Positions 10,705 through 19,304 of a DNA stretch of 64,000 bases are shown piece after piece. Every line of letters begins with the position of its first letter. Within the stretch, counting starts at the first letter, position 1. The translations under genes and the position numbers were made by a program. Under the pieces are notes generated by a model, which was not told the origin of the DNA, ran no database searches, and worked only from the letters and a program-made list of their open reading frames with translations. The stretch spans positions 4,397 to 68,396 of the IMG/VR virus record IMGVR_UViG_3300029935_000002; one strand, given 5' to 3'. This DNA comes from a virus.

Positions 10705-12033
10705 TTAAGCTTTCAAACTGAGTTCTGCAGATTTGACAAAGAGTTCATTAGAAGCCAAAGCTTCCATGAGTTGCTGTTCTTTAATGGAGGTAGCTACCTG
10801 ACGTGCGCCTGAAAAGATAAAGTTTGAAATAACTGAAGGAAGTGTTCTGACAACAGCTGTTGACTTAATTGCTTCATCGATAGTGTATATGCTATCTAGC
10901 ATTTGTTTAACCACTTCTTTATCTTCTTTGATTTCTTTAAGCTGATCAATCATATCTTGACGAACACGAAGATATCGAAGTTTAAGATCATCATAGGTAT
11001 AGTCCCTGTAATCTTCTCTTGACAGTAAGAAAAAGAGATGAGTATAGAAACCAAATATAATAATCCCCAATACGTTTGCTGCAAGGACTGTTATTCCTAA
11101 GAAGAAACACAACACCAAAAGCAAAGAAGCATTAAGAAGGTGTACAAACGTCCGAGCGACTATATTTTTCTCATCTGATCCAGCTGAAAGCTTCTCAAGT
11201 GAAAGAATTAGTGGTTTTCCATAACCAAAGCGAGAAGCGAAGTTATCAGCTCTTTGTTCAAAGGCTGTTTCATTGTACGTATCGTCAGTCGTTTGAGTAC
11301 GAACAATTTCAGAGATAACTTTGAAGAATGCGGCGCCAGCAACAGTCCGAGGACCATTTAACATTTTATCAATTTCTTCTTTTGGAATCTTAGAAGAAAC
11401 CTTTGAGAGTTCTCGATAGACGTATTCGATATCGCCTGTTTCATTTGCATGAAGGTGACGAACAACGCCTGCTAGAACTTGATTAGTTCTGTCAGTTCTA
11501 TCACTATAGTAACACGCATAGAATGCGTGGCCGAGTTCATGCAACACCACTGCGGCGATCTCGGCTGAACTGAGTTTAAACTCTCCAATGAGCGTATGAA
11601 AGTTTAAATAAAGCGGATGGTCATATTCACTAAAGATCCCGCCAACTGTTGCCTTTTCTAAGTTAACGAAACCTTTCTTTTGATCAAGCTGTTTAAGAAG
11701 CTTATTTTGATCAGCAAGATTAGGGCGACCTCTAAAGATTTCATTCAAAAAGATGTGATTCTTATTTGAATAAAAAGGCATGATGGCTGCAGGGGCCAGA
11801 TGCGTAACGACATGAACTTTAAGTTTAAAGCGATCAAAGATTGCCTTCTCTAGACTTTTAATGAGTTCATGGTCTTTAAGACTCTTTGCACTCTTTATTG
11901 TCTTATTCTCAATAACTTTCGCAATATTAGTAACGATAGCTTCGATCTGAGCACCAATATCATCAAACTGAGTTCGAATTGATTCGGTTGCAAAGATAGG
12001 TGGAGCGCTTCGGTGGTTAAGTTGAAATTCCAT
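10705..12033 (-). CDS. Zn-metallopeptidase-like (HEXXH, M48-type) membrane/virion protein (442 aa)
   Basis: VVLHELGHAF, EQRADNFASRFGYG..L..SLEKL, long hydrophobic stretch near C-terminus, N-terminal ATE-S site. Confidence 0.65.
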   Translation of the reverse strand: MEFQLNHRSAPPIFATESIRTQFDDIGAQIEAIVTNIAKVIENKTIKSAKSLKDHELIKSLEKAIFDRFKLKVHVVTHLAPAAIMPFYSNKNHIFLNEIFRGRPNLADQNKLLKQLDQKKGFVNLEKATVGGIFSEYDHPLYLNFHTLIGEFKLSSAEIAAVVLHELGHAFYACYYSDRTDRTNQVLAGVVRHLHANETGDIEYVYRELSKVSSKIPKEEIDKMLNGPRTVAGAAFFKVISEIVRTQTTDDTYNETAFEQRADNFASRFGYGKPLILSLEKLSAGSDEKNIVARTFVHLLNASLLLVLCFFLGITVLAANVLGIIIFGFYTHLFFLLSREDYRDYTYDDLKLRYLRVRQDMIDQLKEIKEDKEVVKQMLDSIYTIDEAIKSTAVVRTLPSVISNFIFSGARQVATSIKEQQLMEALASNELFVKSAELSLKA

Positions 12034-12148
12034 GATTTTAAAAGCCCTAATGGTTAAAAGTGTCCCGTCAGGAGATGAAGTGACAGCGCTCCTAGTCCGC
12101 TATACGATTTCGCTTTAAACGCTTATACTGCTTTCAAGGAAAGACTTC

Positions 12149-13894
12149 ATGGCAAACGCAGCACCTGAAATAAAGGCTCGAGAATGCCGATTTGCAGTCC
12201 ATATTCCGACTCGTTCTTCTGATATTCCAGACTACCATCTAGTCAAAGAGATTCTTCATTTTGATAATGGCGACATTAAACCCAATGTTCGCTTTATTAA
12301 GGATTATAAGAGAACGTTCTATCTCACGAAGAAACCCTATCAAAATCACCAACAAAAGAAAGAATACGAGACTTTTGATAAGCTGCATCGTTATGAATGC
12401 ACACAGTCTGAGATTCGAATCAAAGTCGCTAAAGCGCTAGATAAAGCATGGTCTAATGCAAATCTACGTCAGCTGGCTGAGTCACCTTATCTTTACGGCT
12501 CAGACATCTCAAGTACCTCGATTATTAAGCAAGAGTATCGTCAGCAGTGGCCAGATACCGTTACACCCTATCGCGTTAGCTTCTTCGACATTGAAACAGA
12601 TGTTGTCCATGGTACTAATGATCCGATTCTTGCAACCTTAGTCTTTGAAGATACGATTCTGACGATTGCTCAAACTTCGTTTGTAAAAGGGTATTCGGAA
12701 CCGCATGAGCGCCTGGAAACTCTTCTTAAGAAGTATCTGAAACCTTACATGGATAAGTATCAGTTTAAGATGGACTTTCGGATTGTAGAAGGACCTGTTG
12801 AGCTGATTAAGGAAGTCTTTAGCACAGCGCATAAGTGGTCACCTGACTTTCTAGCGATCTGGAACATGGACTTCGACATTCCACGTATTATCGAAACACT
12901 TGAGAAATACGGGGTTGATCCAAAGACGATCTTTAGTGATCCTAAGCTTCCGGCCGCATTACAGTTTTGTAAGTATAAGAAAGGCTCTACCAAGAAAGTC
13001 ACCGCTTCAGGTCAAGTCAAACCTAAGAACCCTTCGGAACAATGGCATAGTCTATATTGCCCTGCTGGTTTCTATGTCATTGATGCAATGTGTACATATC
13101 GCTTTGTACGTCAAGGGGAACAAGAAGAACCTGATTACAAACTCGATAGTATCTTGAATAAAGAATTAGGGGTTCGTAAGCTCACCTTTGAAGAAGCCAA
13201 TGACTATCATGAGCTTGAATGGCACAAGTTCATGCAAGAACGCTATCCCTTTGAATACATTGTTTATAACATCTTTGACTGCGTTGGGATGCTAGAACTT
13301 GAGAATAAGACGACTGACCTTTCTCAAGCCCTTCCTGTTCAATGCAACATCACAGACTTTGCACGATATAATTCTCAAACTAAGCGTTTTGCAGATCGCT
13401 ATCATTTCTTTCTATTAGAACGTGGTAAGGTAATTTCAACGATTCCGCCTGCTGAAGAGAAAGATCCGACTGCTGAAGCTGATGGTGAAGAGGATAGTGA
13501 TGAAGTTATTCTAAATGCTGATGATGACGAAGATATCAGTAAGAAAAACGAAGTCTTAGGTTTAAAGGCATGGATTGTGACTCTTCCTGCCCATATGACC
13601 GTATTGGGTCGAAGATGCATTGCAGAGAATCCGAATCTCCATACTTTAATACGCGGTATGGTCTATGACTCTGATGCGGTTTCGGCGTATCCGAGCTGTA
13701 CCGCTGTTGCCAATGTGTCTAGAGAAACCACAGTTCGAGAAATCATTGACATCTTAGGTGTCGATGAGACAGCCTTTAGAAGGCACAATATCAATCTTCT
13801 CCAAGGTCACGTGAATGCCTTAGAGTATGCGTGTGAAATGCATGGCTTACCTACACCTCAAAACGCACTCCAGTACTTTGAAGATCTAGTTTAA
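12149..13894 (+). CDS. Split family-B DNA polymerase, exonuclease + motif A subunit (phiKZ gp82-like, 581 aa)
   Basis: Exo I FFDIETD, Exo II WNMDFDIP, Exo III YNIFDC, pol motif A YDSDAVSAYPS. Confidence 0.85.
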   Translation: MANAAPEIKARECRFAVHIPTRSSDIPDYHLVKEILHFDNGDIKPNVRFIKDYKRTFYLTKKPYQNHQQKKEYETFDKLHRYECTQSEIRIKVAKALDKAWSNANLRQLAESPYLYGSDISSTSIIKQEYRQQWPDTVTPYRVSFFDIETDVVHGTNDPILATLVFEDTILTIAQTSFVKGYSEPHERLETLLKKYLKPYMDKYQFKMDFRIVEGPVELIKEVFSTAHKWSPDFLAIWNMDFDIPRIIETLEKYGVDPKTIFSDPKLPAALQFCKYKKGSTKKVTASGQVKPKNPSEQWHSLYCPAGFYVIDAMCTYRFVRQGEQEEPDYKLDSILNKELGVRKLTFEEANDYHELEWHKFMQERYPFEYIVYNIFDCVGMLELENKTTDLSQALPVQCNITDFARYNSQTKRFADRYHFFLLERGKVISTIPPAEEKDPTAEADGEEDSDEVILNADDDEDISKKNEVLGLKAWIVTLPAHMTVLGRRCIAENPNLHTLIRGMVYDSDAVSAYPSCTAVANVSRETTVREIIDILGVDETAFRRHNINLLQGHVNALEYACEMHGLPTPQNALQYFEDLV

Positions 13895-14001
13895 GGTATA
13901 GTGTGGTTGATGTGCGTTGTCGGCGCTTAGGCGTGGATCTGAGATGTTTGTGGTGACATCTCAGTTAACATCAGCTGGTATGTGGATTGCCTCCTTCTCT
14001 T

Positions 14002-14069
14002 GAGAGACTCCCCTTAAGGGGAGTCTCTCTCTTTTATCAAAAAAAAAAAAGAGAGGGATAAACCCTCTC
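14002..14069. terminator. Back-to-back terminators separated by an A12 run
   Basis: GAGAGACTCCCC-ttaa-GGGGAGTCTCTC then T-rich tail (plus strand); GAGAGGG-ataaa-CCCTCTC with poly-U on minus strand. Confidence 0.75.
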
Positions 14070-14073
14070 CTTA

Positions 14074-14310
14074 TCAAGCAAAAGCTTCAACGCTTTCTTG
14101 GATTTCAAGAATATCGGACAGAGTGACTTTATTCTTGATAGTGAAAAGCTCAACCAGCATTTCATGGGTGCGATAGCTGCACAGAAGTTTGGCAGCTTCA
14201 ATGAAAGTCATACCAACATTACACAGCTTTTCCATCAGTTGAACTTCTTGATCGATATCAGCTTTAGTGATTTCACCAATCAGATCGCTGTTATATTCAA
14301 AGTTTTCCAT
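14074..14310 (-). CDS. Small hypothetical early protein (78 aa)
   Basis: RBS GGAGAAAATC-ATG; downstream of the 14598 motif. Confidence 0.7.
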   Translation of the reverse strand: MENFEYNSDLIGEITKADIDQEVQLMEKLCNVGMTFIEAAKLLCSYRTHEMLVELFTIKNKVTLSDILEIQESVEAFA

Positions 14311-14419
14311 GATTTTCTCCGTTCAATGGAAAGTGAACCTAAGTGAGAGTAGGCTCAAGACTCTTTTAAATCCTCTCGTTAGAATAGGACTTAAAGATGG
14401 GTTCTATAGAAGAACCCAT

Positions 14420-14539
14420 TTACTTATTAACCATGACTGTAAAGCTTTTCGTCAGTTTAACATCGAGCGTTTCAGTTGAAGCACTCATCGCAACCGGAAT
14501 AGCGATCACTACCAGGATCGTGATAATGACGTATTTCAT
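14420..14539 (-). CDS. 39-aa hydrophobic peptide (not in ORF track)
   Basis: AAGGAGAAACATC-ATG; MKYVIITILVVIAIPVAMSASTETLDVKLTKSFTVMVNK. Confidence 0.6.
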   Translation of the reverse strand: MKYVIITILVVIAIPVAMSASTETLDVKLTKSFTVMVNK

Positions 14540-14597
14540 GATGTTTCTCCTTAAACAAAGTTAGATATAAGTACAGGGTATGTACTATAGTCAAGTT

Positions 14598-14615
14598 AGA
14601 TATATATGACTGAAA
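14598..14615 (-). promoter_or_regulatory. Conserved 18-bp promoter-like motif, copy 1
   Basis: TTTCAGTCATATATATCT (minus strand), identical at 29268-29285 and 61804-61821. Confidence 0.7.
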
Positions 14616-14632
14616 TTTTTCATATGCAGACA

Positions 14633-14666
14633 ACACAGACTCGAGGGGCACCCCTCGAGTCTGTGT
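14633..14666. terminator. Long hairpin upstream of motif copy 1
   Basis: ACACAGACTCGAGGG-gcac-CCCTCGAGTCTGTGT, followed by a CTGTGTCAAT direct repeat. Confidence 0.7.
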
Positions 14667-14679
14667 CAATCTGTGTCAA

Positions 14680-15561
14680 TTAGACAGCGTAAAACTTCTT
14701 CAGGTTATCAACCGCTTTCTGGCTGATGACATCAGGCGCAATCTTATCGATCATGATCGTCTTGATATCGTGCTTACGGGTATCTTTATTACGCGTAGCA
14801 CGAAGCAGCGTGATCAGGTTGCGGTAAGCATTGCAGCGCTCTTCGCCCTTATTCCAAGCAAAGAGGAAACGCGTCGTGCTATACTCAGACAGAGCCGTGT
14901 ATTCAGACGGCGTGCTGCGGCCATGGTGAAGGCCAAAGTAAACCAGCAACACATTCCAACCTGCGCGGAAGACATCATAATCTTTTTCAAGAATCCACAG
15001 CAGATGCTGAAGGAACTCATACTGATAGCGAACACCCTTATCTGGCTCAATAACCGTCTTCGGGCGAAGGTTCTGGACAAAGGTCTCAATAGCTGCAAGC
15101 ATGCGTTTTTGCTCAACCGTACCTTCAACCCGGATCTTCTCCAGATACTGCTCTTCTTCAGTGAGTTCACGCGGCGCTTCAGTTGAAGTCGCAGGCTCAG
15201 CTTTAACAGGTTCTTGCTCTTCAACGACTTCGGGCTTTACTTCGACAACTTCTTGAACCGGTTCTTCGACTTCAGGGGCCGGAGCTTCAGCCGTCTCAGT
15301 CACTTCAACAGCAGGTTCTTGAGTAACCACAGTCTCAGTAACCACAGCTTCTTCGTGAGCCGGTGCTTCTTCAACGGCAACGGCCTCAGTTACAGGCACT
15401 TCAGCTGCCGTCGTTTCCGTTACCGTTTCCTCAACATCTTGCTCAACCGCTTCAGGGTTTTCAAGGGGTACTTGTTGAGTTTCTTCTACTTGAGCTTCTT
15501 GGTTCGTTTTTTCCATTGCTAATTTCTCCAGTCTACGAAGGCGTTTTGATTTAACAGTCAA
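14680..15561 (-). CDS. Hypothetical protein with E/V/P/T-rich disordered N-half (293 aa)
   Basis: Low-complexity acidic repeats then globular C-terminal domain. Confidence 0.7.
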   Translation of the reverse strand: MTVKSKRLRRLEKLAMEKTNQEAQVEETQQVPLENPEAVEQDVEETVTETTAAEVPVTEAVAVEEAPAHEEAVVTETVVTQEPAVEVTETAEAPAPEVEEPVQEVVEVKPEVVEEQEPVKAEPATSTEAPRELTEEEQYLEKIRVEGTVEQKRMLAAIETFVQNLRPKTVIEPDKGVRYQYEFLQHLLWILEKDYDVFRAGWNVLLVYFGLHHGRSTPSEYTALSEYSTTRFLFAWNKGEERCNAYRNLITLLRATRNKDTRKHDIKTIMIDKIAPDVISQKAVDNLKKFYAV

Positions 15562-15591
15562 GGCAATGACTCCTTACTAATAAGGAATATT

Positions 15592-16392
15592 TTAAGTTTG
15601 ATAAGAAGACACTTGTTCAGGCTTCATACTTTCAAGGTAGACATTTAAACGCTGTTCTGCGCTCGGATTACCCAGATTGAAGATTGGAATACCAACAGCT
15701 GACGCAATAGCGATTGGATGTCCTGTAAAGCCCGAACGTGAAGTCTTTTCCTTAATGGACTCCACACCATCTTCAGTCCAACACAAAAGAAAGAGCGCTG
15801 GAGAGTTCACTTTATCACCCATGACCAGTCGAGCATTCTTTGCAAGAAAGAGCTGAACTGACTTCTTCATGGTGTCAAAGGTCGGATGGAACATCTTGGC
15901 GATCGCCATAGCGCGATCAGTCGTAAAGGTAAACTTAGATTGCTTTTGAGCAAAGTCACGCCAAGGAAGATGGATTTCATTCTTCGTTGTCGCTTTCTCA
16001 ACAGCTTCTTCAATACCTTCAAAACCACCCACACGTGCAGTATAGCCCAATGCTTCTAGTTTCTTTGCAATGGCTTCAAACTTACTAATGATCTCAGGCG
16101 GTGCATCTCTGTTACCTGTGGCCGCATATGGCTTGTAGAGCGACATATCTGTTTCTTTGGGACGCTCCCAGTTCTTCTTCTGACCGTTCCAGGGCTTCTT
16201 TTGCCCATCCCACTGTTTCTTCTGGCCATCCCAGGGTTTTTTCTGAAACCCTTCATTGCTTTGGTTTTGCCAGTGGTTATTTTGGCTTTGATTCTGGCCA
16301 TAGTTGTTATTATCACCATAGCGTGTACCGCTTTGGTATTGGTTATCGTGTTGTTCTTGCCCAGGATAACTCGGGAAAGTTGTACCGTTCAT
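15592..16392 (-). CDS. SLOG (DprA/YpsA-like) domain protein with Q/N-rich, repeat-containing N-terminus (266 aa)
   Basis: YAATGNRDAP / RVGGFEGIE / LLCWTEDG / GFTGHPIAIA..IPIFNLG match the phage SLOG pattern; W[DN]GQKK repeats. Confidence 0.6.
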   Translation of the reverse strand: MNGTTFPSYPGQEQHDNQYQSGTRYGDNNNYGQNQSQNNHWQNQSNEGFQKKPWDGQKKQWDGQKKPWNGQKKNWERPKETDMSLYKPYAATGNRDAPPEIISKFEAIAKKLEALGYTARVGGFEGIEEAVEKATTKNEIHLPWRDFAQKQSKFTFTTDRAMAIAKMFHPTFDTMKKSVQLFLAKNARLVMGDKVNSPALFLLCWTEDGVESIKEKTSRSGFTGHPIAIASAVGIPIFNLGNPSAEQRLNVYLESMKPEQVSSYQT

Positions 16393-16402
16393 TTTTAATA
16401 TC

Positions 16403-17770
16403 CTAAGTGATCACGCTTGCTAGATTCATCTCTTCCGTAACAAGCGCTGTATTGTGCATGAGCTTTAGACTGTCTGTCAAAATACCACCACTGACCTCCA
16501 TCAACGGGATAGGGAGACCTGTGGGAAATTTAGACAGTGCTTTTCCGGCACAGACTTCGCAAGTCTGTGTACCTAATCTTCTACAGTATTGAGGGCTTCT
16601 AACAATAAGATTTTGAGAAGCATAAGGTTTTGCTTGATCGATGGTTTCAATCAAGACTGGCTGCCCCTTCACAATCAAGTATCGTCCTACGATATTAGAG
16701 AGCTCTTTTTCAGTATAGAATCGACGAATACCGAGCTGACTTCCACAATCGCCTTCGGTGATTCGCCAATTATCAGCTGCGCGCATTAGTGCTTTAGCAG
16801 TTACACCACCATTAACAGTCTCAGAGCCTCGAGAGAACGAACCATATCGAATTGTATTTGAGATCGCTGTAAAGCCTTCTTCGTCGAGCGGAATCCCATC
16901 TTCAAGTGCGTTGATAATGGGTGTTACTGTCATGCTCTGAACAAAGCTATTAGACTCACCACCTTGAGTCATGTAAGCTTTCATTCGAGAATTGGCTACC
17001 TTCCCACTCATGAACTTACCATAAGAAGGATCTTTCTTAATGTACTCTGTATCGAAAGCTTTAAGTTCAGCTTCGAACTTGGCCATCTCTACAGGGTCAT
17101 GAAGTTTGCCTTCATACTTCTTTAAGAGTTCCTTCTTAAACTCTTTTCGACCGGGTGCTGGAAGAAGACCAATCTCCGTGATCGAGTGCGTAAAGATCTG
17201 ACTAAGGGTTTCAAGGAAAGAAACCCCTTCACAATACTTAAGATATTCATCAACATAGTAAAGAGAAGGATCTTTAGCTTGACCTTGTTTAGGGTTACTT
17301 TGAAGTTTTAAAGCAATTTCATCTTCAAGTTTACGGGGGCTAAATGAGCCAGCCTTATAAGGAAACTTCTCTCCAAAGGCTTCATAGAGACAAATAAGGT
17401 TTACTAGAAGTGTTCCGATAGATGTTTCTAGTTTTGCTTCATTTAAAGACGGAACCCAGTCAGGCGTGATGACAATCCGGTCTTTAACATGGAAAAGAGG
17501 CTGATTTAACGGACGATCAGATTTAATCTGGACCTTCTCACCGTCTTCTGTATAGGTAAATAGACCAAAGGGTTCTCGGATCAGTTTACCTGGATATTGC
17601 TGCTCTCTTTGTTTTTCGGTTTCTTGCGTAACAGCAAAGCAACTAATAATCCAAGCTTTCTTCTTATAGTTCTTATTCTGGATACTAAATTGAAGATACT
17701 CGTTTGGCGACATCTTGAGCCTCTTGATAGTGGTGAAGTTCATTGAGGAGCGCACCCATCTGAGTCTCAA
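16403..17770 (-). CDS. RNA polymerase beta-prime-type subunit (virion RNAP, phiKZ gp80-like; true start probably 17713, MSPNEY)
   Basis: WRITEGDCGS and VRSPQYC...TCEVCAG Zn-binding motifs of the beta-prime C-terminal region. Confidence 0.8.
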   Translation of the reverse strand: MRLRWVRSSMNFTTIKRLKMSPNEYLQFSIQNKNYKKKAWIISCFAVTQETEKQREQQYPGKLIREPFGLFTYTEDGEKVQIKSDRPLNQPLFHVKDRIVITPDWVPSLNEAKLETSIGTLLVNLICLYEAFGEKFPYKAGSFSPRKLEDEIALKLQSNPKQGQAKDPSLYYVDEYLKYCEGVSFLETLSQIFTHSITEIGLLPAPGRKEFKKELLKKYEGKLHDPVEMAKFEAELKAFDTEYIKKDPSYGKFMSGKVANSRMKAYMTQGGESNSFVQSMTVTPIINALEDGIPLDEEGFTAISNTIRYGSFSRGSETVNGGVTAKALMRAADNWRITEGDCGSQLGIRRFYTEKELSNIVGRYLIVKGQPVLIETIDQAKPYASQNLIVRSPQYCRRLGTQTCEVCAGKALSKFPTGLPIPLMEVSGGILTDSLKLMHNTALVTEEMNLASVIT

Positions 17771-18572
17771 TGCGCATGCGTTGTTCGCTATCTAAGACCA
17801 AAGACTCACTATAGGTCCGATAGATTTGTAAGGGGTCTTGATAGGTGTCTTGCGCCATCAAGAATAAAGACAAAAGATTCTTAGCGCTTTGAACATCTTC
17901 TTCTACGATCAAGTATTCCCTAACATAGGGGTAGTAGAGCTTGATTGGATGCCCGATCGAGATCCCGCTTTGAATAAATTCAAAGGCAAGATTGTCTTGA
18001 CCACAGATCGAGAAGAAGTCTTTTAAGTTTGACTGAATCTGATTTAAAAGGCTAGGATCAATTTCAGGTTCTTTTTCTTCCCTATCTTCCTGAGCATAGA
18101 GGAAAGATTGAAGTTGTTCAAGCGTTGAAGGGTGAATGCTTTCAATTGCGACGAGGACAGAAGCTTCATCGAGTTCACTATAGACTTCAATAATCTTAGC
18201 GATCTTTTCTTCATCTGAAAAGGAAGATTCTAGAATTCTTAAGACAGGAACAGCATCTTCAAGCTGCTGAAGACGGAAAAGCACAGACAGAATCTGATTC
18301 TTAGTGCTGAGCTCAACATTTTCACTCAAGTCAATTTGATGTGCTTTAAAGATAACGTCAACTTGTTCATGAATAGCTGACAAGAACTTCAGTTGAGTGA
18401 GGTCAGTGTTATCTGCATCAATGTCTAAGACAATATCAGGAAGATGAACATAAGCTTGACGATGTTCAAATGCATCAAAGAGTGAAAAACTATTTTGAAT
18501 CTCAGCTTGGAGTTCTTCTGAGAATGTCTGAGCAATGTAGCCGTGGACTACATCCATGAGGTCTTCATCCAT
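17685..18572 (-). CDS. Conserved hypothetical protein (295 aa)
   Basis: Long acidic helical ORF co-oriented with RNAP subunit. Confidence 0.6.
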   Translation of the reverse strand: MDEDLMDVVHGYIAQTFSEELQAEIQNSFSLFDAFEHRQAYVHLPDIVLDIDADNTDLTQLKFLSAIHEQVDVIFKAHQIDLSENVELSTKNQILSVLFRLQQLEDAVPVLRILESSFSDEEKIAKIIEVYSELDEASVLVAIESIHPSTLEQLQSFLYAQEDREEKEPEIDPSLLNQIQSNLKDFFSICGQDNLAFEFIQSGISIGHPIKLYYPYVREYLIVEEDVQSAKNLLSLFLMAQDTYQDPLQIYRTYSESLVLDSEQRMRIETQMGALLNELHHYQEAQDVAKRVSSI

Positions 18573-18749
18573 GACCTGAAACCTTTTTTATCTGAATGTG
18601 TGAAAAATCTTAGAAGTTGCTCAATCTGTATGAACGCGAGTCGGCGCGTATCCGACAGTAGACCATACGACAACTTCATCAGTTTGCCACACGATTGTTG
18701 GCATCTCTTTAAATTCTTTTTCAATTTATTTTAGTAGGAGCCTTAGATC

Positions 18750-19301
18750 GTGGCAAAACGAAACAAACATACTCTGACATCTGAAGAAAATGTGAAGATG
18801 CTGTTTCCTAAGCCGGTAGCGGCAGTGGTTGGTGATCTTTTTCATAATGCACCTCAGACGATTGTGACTGAAGGGGATCCGAATAATATCCCTAAGCAGT
18901 CATGGGAGCAACTGTCCGATATCTCGATTGCCATTGGTGAAAGTATCGCACAGATGGCCAGTGATATTCATACTACCGTCGAAATGGTTAAACAACTTGG
19001 CTGTGACCATATTCGTGAGTTTAATGCGGTTGTTGAAAAGACCAATAATGATTTTCAAAAGTTTATTGTGGATTATGAAAAGATTCGGGCACGCCATATT
19101 GGAAAGTCGGGCTTTATTGAATCCAGTCAAGATCTAGCACTTTCACTATCTGTTTTTGAAGACTATCAGCAGTTCCGAGCGTTCTTCGATGGCGCAATGC
19201 ATCACACGCTGATCTCCTTTACTGAATACGCCCTTGAAGCAAAAGACCGCGCACTTAAACTTCAAGCCGAGCAAGCAGAACAATCTGAAAAGAGCGAGTA
19301 A
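18750..19301 (+). CDS. Hypothetical protein (183 aa, GTG start)
   Basis: AGGAG RBS, coupled to next gene. Confidence 0.65.
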   Translation: MAKRNKHTLTSEENVKMLFPKPVAAVVGDLFHNAPQTIVTEGDPNNIPKQSWEQLSDISIAIGESIAQMASDIHTTVEMVKQLGCDHIREFNAVVEKTNNDFQKFIVDYEKIRARHIGKSGFIESSQDLALSLSVFEDYQQFRAFFDGAMHHTLISFTEYALEAKDRALKLQAEQAEQSEKSE

Positions 19302-19304
19302 GTA

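Noticed and set aside
14039-14050. A12 run (and A-run near 49640) as phase-variable tracts
   Set aside because: Intergenic and adjacent to hairpins; explained as minus-strand terminator U-tracts.
14472-14669. 65-aa minus ORF in the ORF track
   Set aside because: Starts inside a terminator hairpin and crosses the promoter motif; the RBS-supported gene is the 39-aa ORF in another frame.
17714-17770. N-terminal extension of the RNAP subunit overlapping the upstream gene
   Set aside because: GAGG RBS precedes the ATG at 17713; the longer start is an ORF-caller artefact.
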